A stretch of DNA of 64,000 nt. It comes from Trypanosoma brucei. Taxonomy: Eukaryota. The translations under genes were made by a program, and so were the position numbers. Every line of letters begins with the position of its first letter. The stretch's first letter is position 1. Below the pieces are notes generated by a model, which was given only the letters and a program-made list of their open reading frames with translations, was not told the DNA's origin and made no database searches. Positions 59,504 through 64,000 of this stretch are shown here, one piece after another. The DNA lies in contig CM000207.1 of NCBI GenBank assembly GCA_000002445.1, positions 2,432,001-2,496,000 of the forward strand, written 5' to 3'.

Positions 59504-61017
59504 TTGCCGGGTGCTACTTCATTTTTGTGCGACTATTACCGACGGTTTTACGCTGCTGTGAACAACACTGAGAAAATTGGTGGCGTGTGGTCCCGTGGAA
59601 AAGAAACTCGTGGAATATATTATTTACCTCCACTCTTCCACCAACCACGGCCTCAGGTACTGAATTTGGAGGGCGGAGATGTCTCTGACTCAGTACTTGA
59701 GAGGATCTCCAAAACAAAGTCGCTGCAGTCACTTAACTTGTCAAAATGTTGTCGTATAACCGACATATCAGCATTATCATCCCTCCCGACACTGGAAGAA
59801 CTGAATATTAGCCGTTCTATAATAATTAAAAGTGGTTGGGAGGCACTCGGCAAGTTGACTCGGCTACGCGTGGCAATTATTTCCTTAAGTGATGTTGCTA
59901 ACGAAGGAATATGTCTCCTCAGCGGGTGCAAATATCTCAGAAATTTGCAACCGATCCGGTGTTACGTTTTGTCCAACATTGAGGCGGTAAACAACATCAA
60001 TTCACTGGAGGAGCTCACCGTTGAGAATTGTGTGGACATTAAGGAAGGTCTGCTCAAGGTTGGAATGCTACCAAGGCTACGGGTACTGGCGTTGAGGCAC
60101 GTAAAACTCAGTTTTTTTCTCTCAGTTAACTAGGAGAGAGAAAATCACTGGTGAAACTCACTATCAAAGGATCTAAGGAACTCTGCGACATCAAACTTAT
60201 TTCCAACATTGCAACACTTAGGGAATTGAAAGTCGCCTATTGTGACAGATTATTAAACGACGTAGGGGATCTTAGGAAACTGCTATGGCTTAATGTACTG
60301 AGACTCCGCTATTTCAAGGTGGGAAATAGCTGTTTTGAGAGTGTCTGCACCATGCGCTCGTTGAAATCACTTGACGTCGCCTACTCAAAGAAATTAACAG
60401 ATATATCTCATATATCAAACCTTACGGCACTGGAGGAATTGAATCTGAGCGGATGTTACCTCATAATTTCAGGCTGGGAAGCACTAAGCGAATCACCACG
60501 ACTTCGTGTGCTCAACTTGGAATCCGCCAGAGTTACGACGCGTTACGATGGACATTATATCAGCAGATGCAAATCCCTCGTCACACTCAACCTTGAATCG
60601 TGTTATATGACCGATGCTTCATGTCTTGCTATTATCAAGACACTGGAGGAGTTGCATATAGGGAAATCCAAAGAGCTAACGCAGGGGTTTAGTGCACTTT
60701 TCACTCTTCTGAGGTTGCGCATTCTTAACCTGATTTGTTCTCTCATTACAGATGAAGATCTCAGGGAAATTCAACCACCCCATACCATTGAGGAACTCAA
60801 TCTTTCTTATTGTGAAGAGCTCAATGATATTACACCACTTGGGAGAATAAAATCAATTAAAAAATTGCATCTCCGTCAGAGACATGATGTCAGAAGGCCC
60901 ACAGAAGGATTCAGAAGTCTTTTGGAATTGCCATGTCTTTCTTGGGTTGACCTAGACAACGTGTGTGGTTGGTCTGATGTTTCTTGTGAACTGAGAAAAA
61001 GGAGGGTACATACCTAA
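59504..61017 (+). pseudogene. ESAG8-like leucine-rich repeat protein (LRRP) gene, disrupted. Two LRR ORF pieces (59504-60133 and 60151-61017) lie in different frames with stops at 60127-60133.
   Basis: Tandem 22-24-residue LRRs of the trypanosome LRRP/ESAG8 type, for example LQSLNLSKCCRITDISALSSLPTLEELNISRS and LEELNLSGCYLIISGWEALSESPRLRVLNLE. Piece 1 has no in-frame ATG (TTG 'start'). Piece 2 begins with GTG. All three forward frames have stops within 60127-60160. No RING module lies upstream. Confidence 0.65.
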
Positions 61018-64000
61018 TAATATTTGATCCATTGTTTCACTTTGTATAATTGGAACCACTTATTTCTGAGAATACGCTACTAAATTTAACAGCCAGTTCG
61101 AGTAGCTATTTACTGTAGGCACTATTACTCAAACAGATACCAGTAACAATTCATACGGATGATATTGTATGTTACACTATCTTAAATACGAGAAATACGA
61201 GGATCTCATTACAGTTATTTAAGCGCTTCGTATTTTACTAGGTCATACCAATCATATATTGTGAAGAATAAAGAACAGTTAGGAAAGTGTGTGTAAGTAT
61301 GCACAAGGCTTTTTTCTCAATGGAAATTTGTATTTTAGTTGTAAGCGTAGTAATTATTGTATTACGCTCATTTATACTACAACCATGTCAAATGAATATC
61401 TCATTTCTTGTATGTTTTTCTGTTTTTACAGCCACATACTCTCACCCAAATGTCGAATGAAATATTACCGTTATTATTATTATTATTTCTATCGTTCTTA
61501 TTGTTATTACATGAAACACAACATTCACATTTAATTTTTAATCATAGCCACACCTGAAAAGTAAAAGCACTCAACATTCTACAGTACTGTATACCTGTCA
61601 ATGATATGAGGAGGTGAAGTTTATATACCATTAAAGTATAGTGAATATATTTCATTATTCTTATTATTATTATTTGTTTTACTGAAAGAAATGACGGAAT
61701 GACTTTACAATAAATTATATCAGAGCAGCATGTTGTGCACCAAGTTGTTACATGGGAGAGTGTTTTGAAACACATTACGTGTCTTGCAATCCTTTTTCAC
61801 ATTTGCTGCTGGCAGATATATATTCTCAAACAGTGCGATTGAATATTCTCGTTTCATTAAAATATTTTAACTTGTTGTATTTGTTTGGTTTTGTAATAAC
61901 ATAATTTGTTTTATTACATTTCCTTTCAGAATTATTTGTGCCAAACTTTCGTGAAGATGTCATACATTCTGAATACCCTTGCGCAGCAAAGGGTAGCGTA
62001 CCACATTAATTCATTAACATTTGTGCTACATGTGCATGGGAAAGTGTATTAAGCATTTCACTGGTTTTGGGAAATATTATTTTCTTTCTTACAACATGAT
62101 GCCTCAGAAGAACTGAAGGCGAGAGCAAATCCTTTCATTGATTTTATTTTCCTTTTCTTACCGTATCCGTATATGTTTATGACTTTCCAAAAAACACTGC
62201 TGAGGTAAATTATGTATTTCTTCATATTTAATTTTTATTTGACAATAACGAGCAAAGGGATTTCCTCCTCACACACTTAAATTAATTAGACACTGCTGTT
62301 AGCTGATAAGTTACAGACAGCCGCACATTTAAGTTACACAAATCCACACCGATTCGAAATAGTAAAATATCAAATGTTATGTATTTATTTATTTGAGAAA
62401 AAAAAAAAGAGACGAAAAGCAGCGCTGCATCTGAAAGGAGATGCATGTGAAATCGAAGAACAACTGTCATTTGAATATCATATCCGCAAATTGTTTCGCT
62501 TACATTATTAGCAGTAAATGCTTACGGAACTTGGGAGGTGAATGACTACTGAAATTAAAAGGTTGAGGACGCACTGCGATGACACATGAGAAAAACATTG
62601 GTGGGATTTTTATATATTGGAAAGTGGAGTGGCTTTAAGGTGTTTTGCATGATGCTTAGTTGGAGATTGAAATACTTCATGAGATAGTGAAAGACTGTTA
62701 TGATACAGGAATCTTTTCGTTTACTAATTTCAAGAGCACTCCCGCGACGCACTTTTTTTCGGTTTACATTGCAAGAGGTGGCATGATATTTGCAACCGCT
62801 TATTTCTTATTTATTTTTTCGAGTTTATATAAGTGTGGTTTGGTGACGTGGACAATTTCAGTCTGCAACTGATGTGGCAATTCAATAATTATCAATGAAG
62901 TTTGGGGAGTGTGTTCCAAATAATGATATTATGTGTATGAGCGAAGCGTTTATCTCCTATTACTAAAACACGCAGTGCTAAGCATAATTTGATTAGGTTG
63001 TCATACAACTTTGAAGAATTGCACAGAGTTTACAGGAGGGTGCGGAAACGTTTAAGGTATTACGTCTCATATCAGATATGAATTGGCCTTTCGCCAAAAA
63101 TAAAAAGAAAGATGCCGTAGGGAAATATTCATTCAGGCGATTTGCACGTGTGGAACCTTGTAAAGAGTGAAGGAAAATTACAGCCTGTCATATGTGAAGG
63201 TATTTATCACACGCGTTTATCTAACTGCAATCGGTAACCCTGGAACTTGCAACTCTCGGAATTTGGGTTCTTTTTATCCTCTACAAGTTACTGCATTGTG
63301 ATGCAGAATAGTTGCTTGTTTTTTGCGCATCTATATGGTATTCCCATTTATATTATTATTATTTTTTTTTTTGATAAATCAATTGACGCACGCGTAGGCA
63401 CAATTAAACAGTAGAGATAGAGGGAATAGTTTCAAAGGCTATGAAGGGAATTGCCATCTCACATGCGAGGTTATATTATTTTTTAATCTCATTATAAAGG
63501 CCTGGAACCCATCAGTGACTTCAGCTGGAAACTGGCAAAACATTCTCACCATCACTTCTGAGGAGCAAATCTCCTTTGCATAAGTATGGCAAATGACTCA
63601 TCGTGGCGCTGGTTTCCAATATTTCGTGTTTTCTGCTGGGAAATAAACACCTTGGAGAAACTAAAATTACAAGAGCCTTCCTGTTATCGACCTGTATTTT
63701 CAAGGAAAAACCGCTACATGACGGAGGGTCGCCCCCCTGAATCATACGGCAGTAATGGGCGGAAACTCCTGCAGTCAAGTCACCACTACGAGCATTACTG
63801 TCCAGTGGCTGATGTTGTTGACACGGTTGTGCTCAGGAAAAAAAGGTGTAACTTCACATTAAGACAACAATTTCAAAGGTACCGTATGGAAATCTCTTGC
63901 TCTCTTCCCGAATATTAGGTGGCTTAGCCTGGGTTTAAAATGTGTCGTGATGTATCGTTGTGCAATGTTACAGAAATTAAGTAAGTAATAGAGGGAAAGC

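Noticed and set aside
1-64000. CRISPR arrays, rRNA genes, and prokaryotic-style promoters or terminators
   Set aside because: No spacer-repeat arrays and no rRNA-like conserved blocks were seen. Gene organisation (polypyrimidine tract plus AG acceptors, strand-coherent gene blocks, RHS/LRRP/VSG-like families) indicates a kinetoplastid nuclear genome, where such prokaryotic features are not expected. tRNA genes could not be reliably excluded by eye, especially in the 42.7-48.6 kb convergent region.

Overview
This window looks like nuclear DNA from a kinetoplastid, most likely an African-trypanosome (Trypanosoma brucei-group) subtelomeric or accessory region. It is not prokaryotic. Genes sit in strand-coherent blocks typical of polycistronic transcription. 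Plus-strand genes run 1.7-11.7 kb, minus-strand genes 15.6-32.7 kb, plus-strand genes 40.1-42.7 kb, minus-strand genes 48.6-53 kb, and a disrupted plus-strand gene 59.5-61 kb. Polypyrimidine tracts followed by AG lie upstream of the ATG starts. Recognisable content is two tandemly duplicated VSG-like surface glycoprotein genes, a C-terminally truncated retrotransposon hot spot (RHS) gene, a secreted heavily N-glycosylated protein (possibly GRESAG5/BPI-like), a RING-finger/Rab-like GTPase fusion gene, a type II membrane glycosyltransferase-like gene, an equilibrative nucleoside transporter (ENT) family gene, and a frameshifted ESAG8-like leucine-rich-repeat (LRRP) pseudogene. Structural highlights are a direct repeat of about 5.7 kb with an 8.48 kb period whose two VSG-like genes are mosaic (diverged N-terminal core, identical flanks and C-terminal module). 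A 277-bp inverted duplicate of the RING exon flanks a roughly 10 kb segment between the minus-strand and plus-strand blocks, which I take to be a divergent strand-switch region. There is also an 8 kb AT-rich microsatellite block, and there are several G or C homopolymer runs of 11-14 nt. The ORF track uses non-ATG (TTG/GTG) starts for some ORFs, so several real ATG starts are internal. No rRNA, CRISPR, telomeric or 70-bp-repeat arrays were recognised. tRNAs could not be searched reliably by eye.
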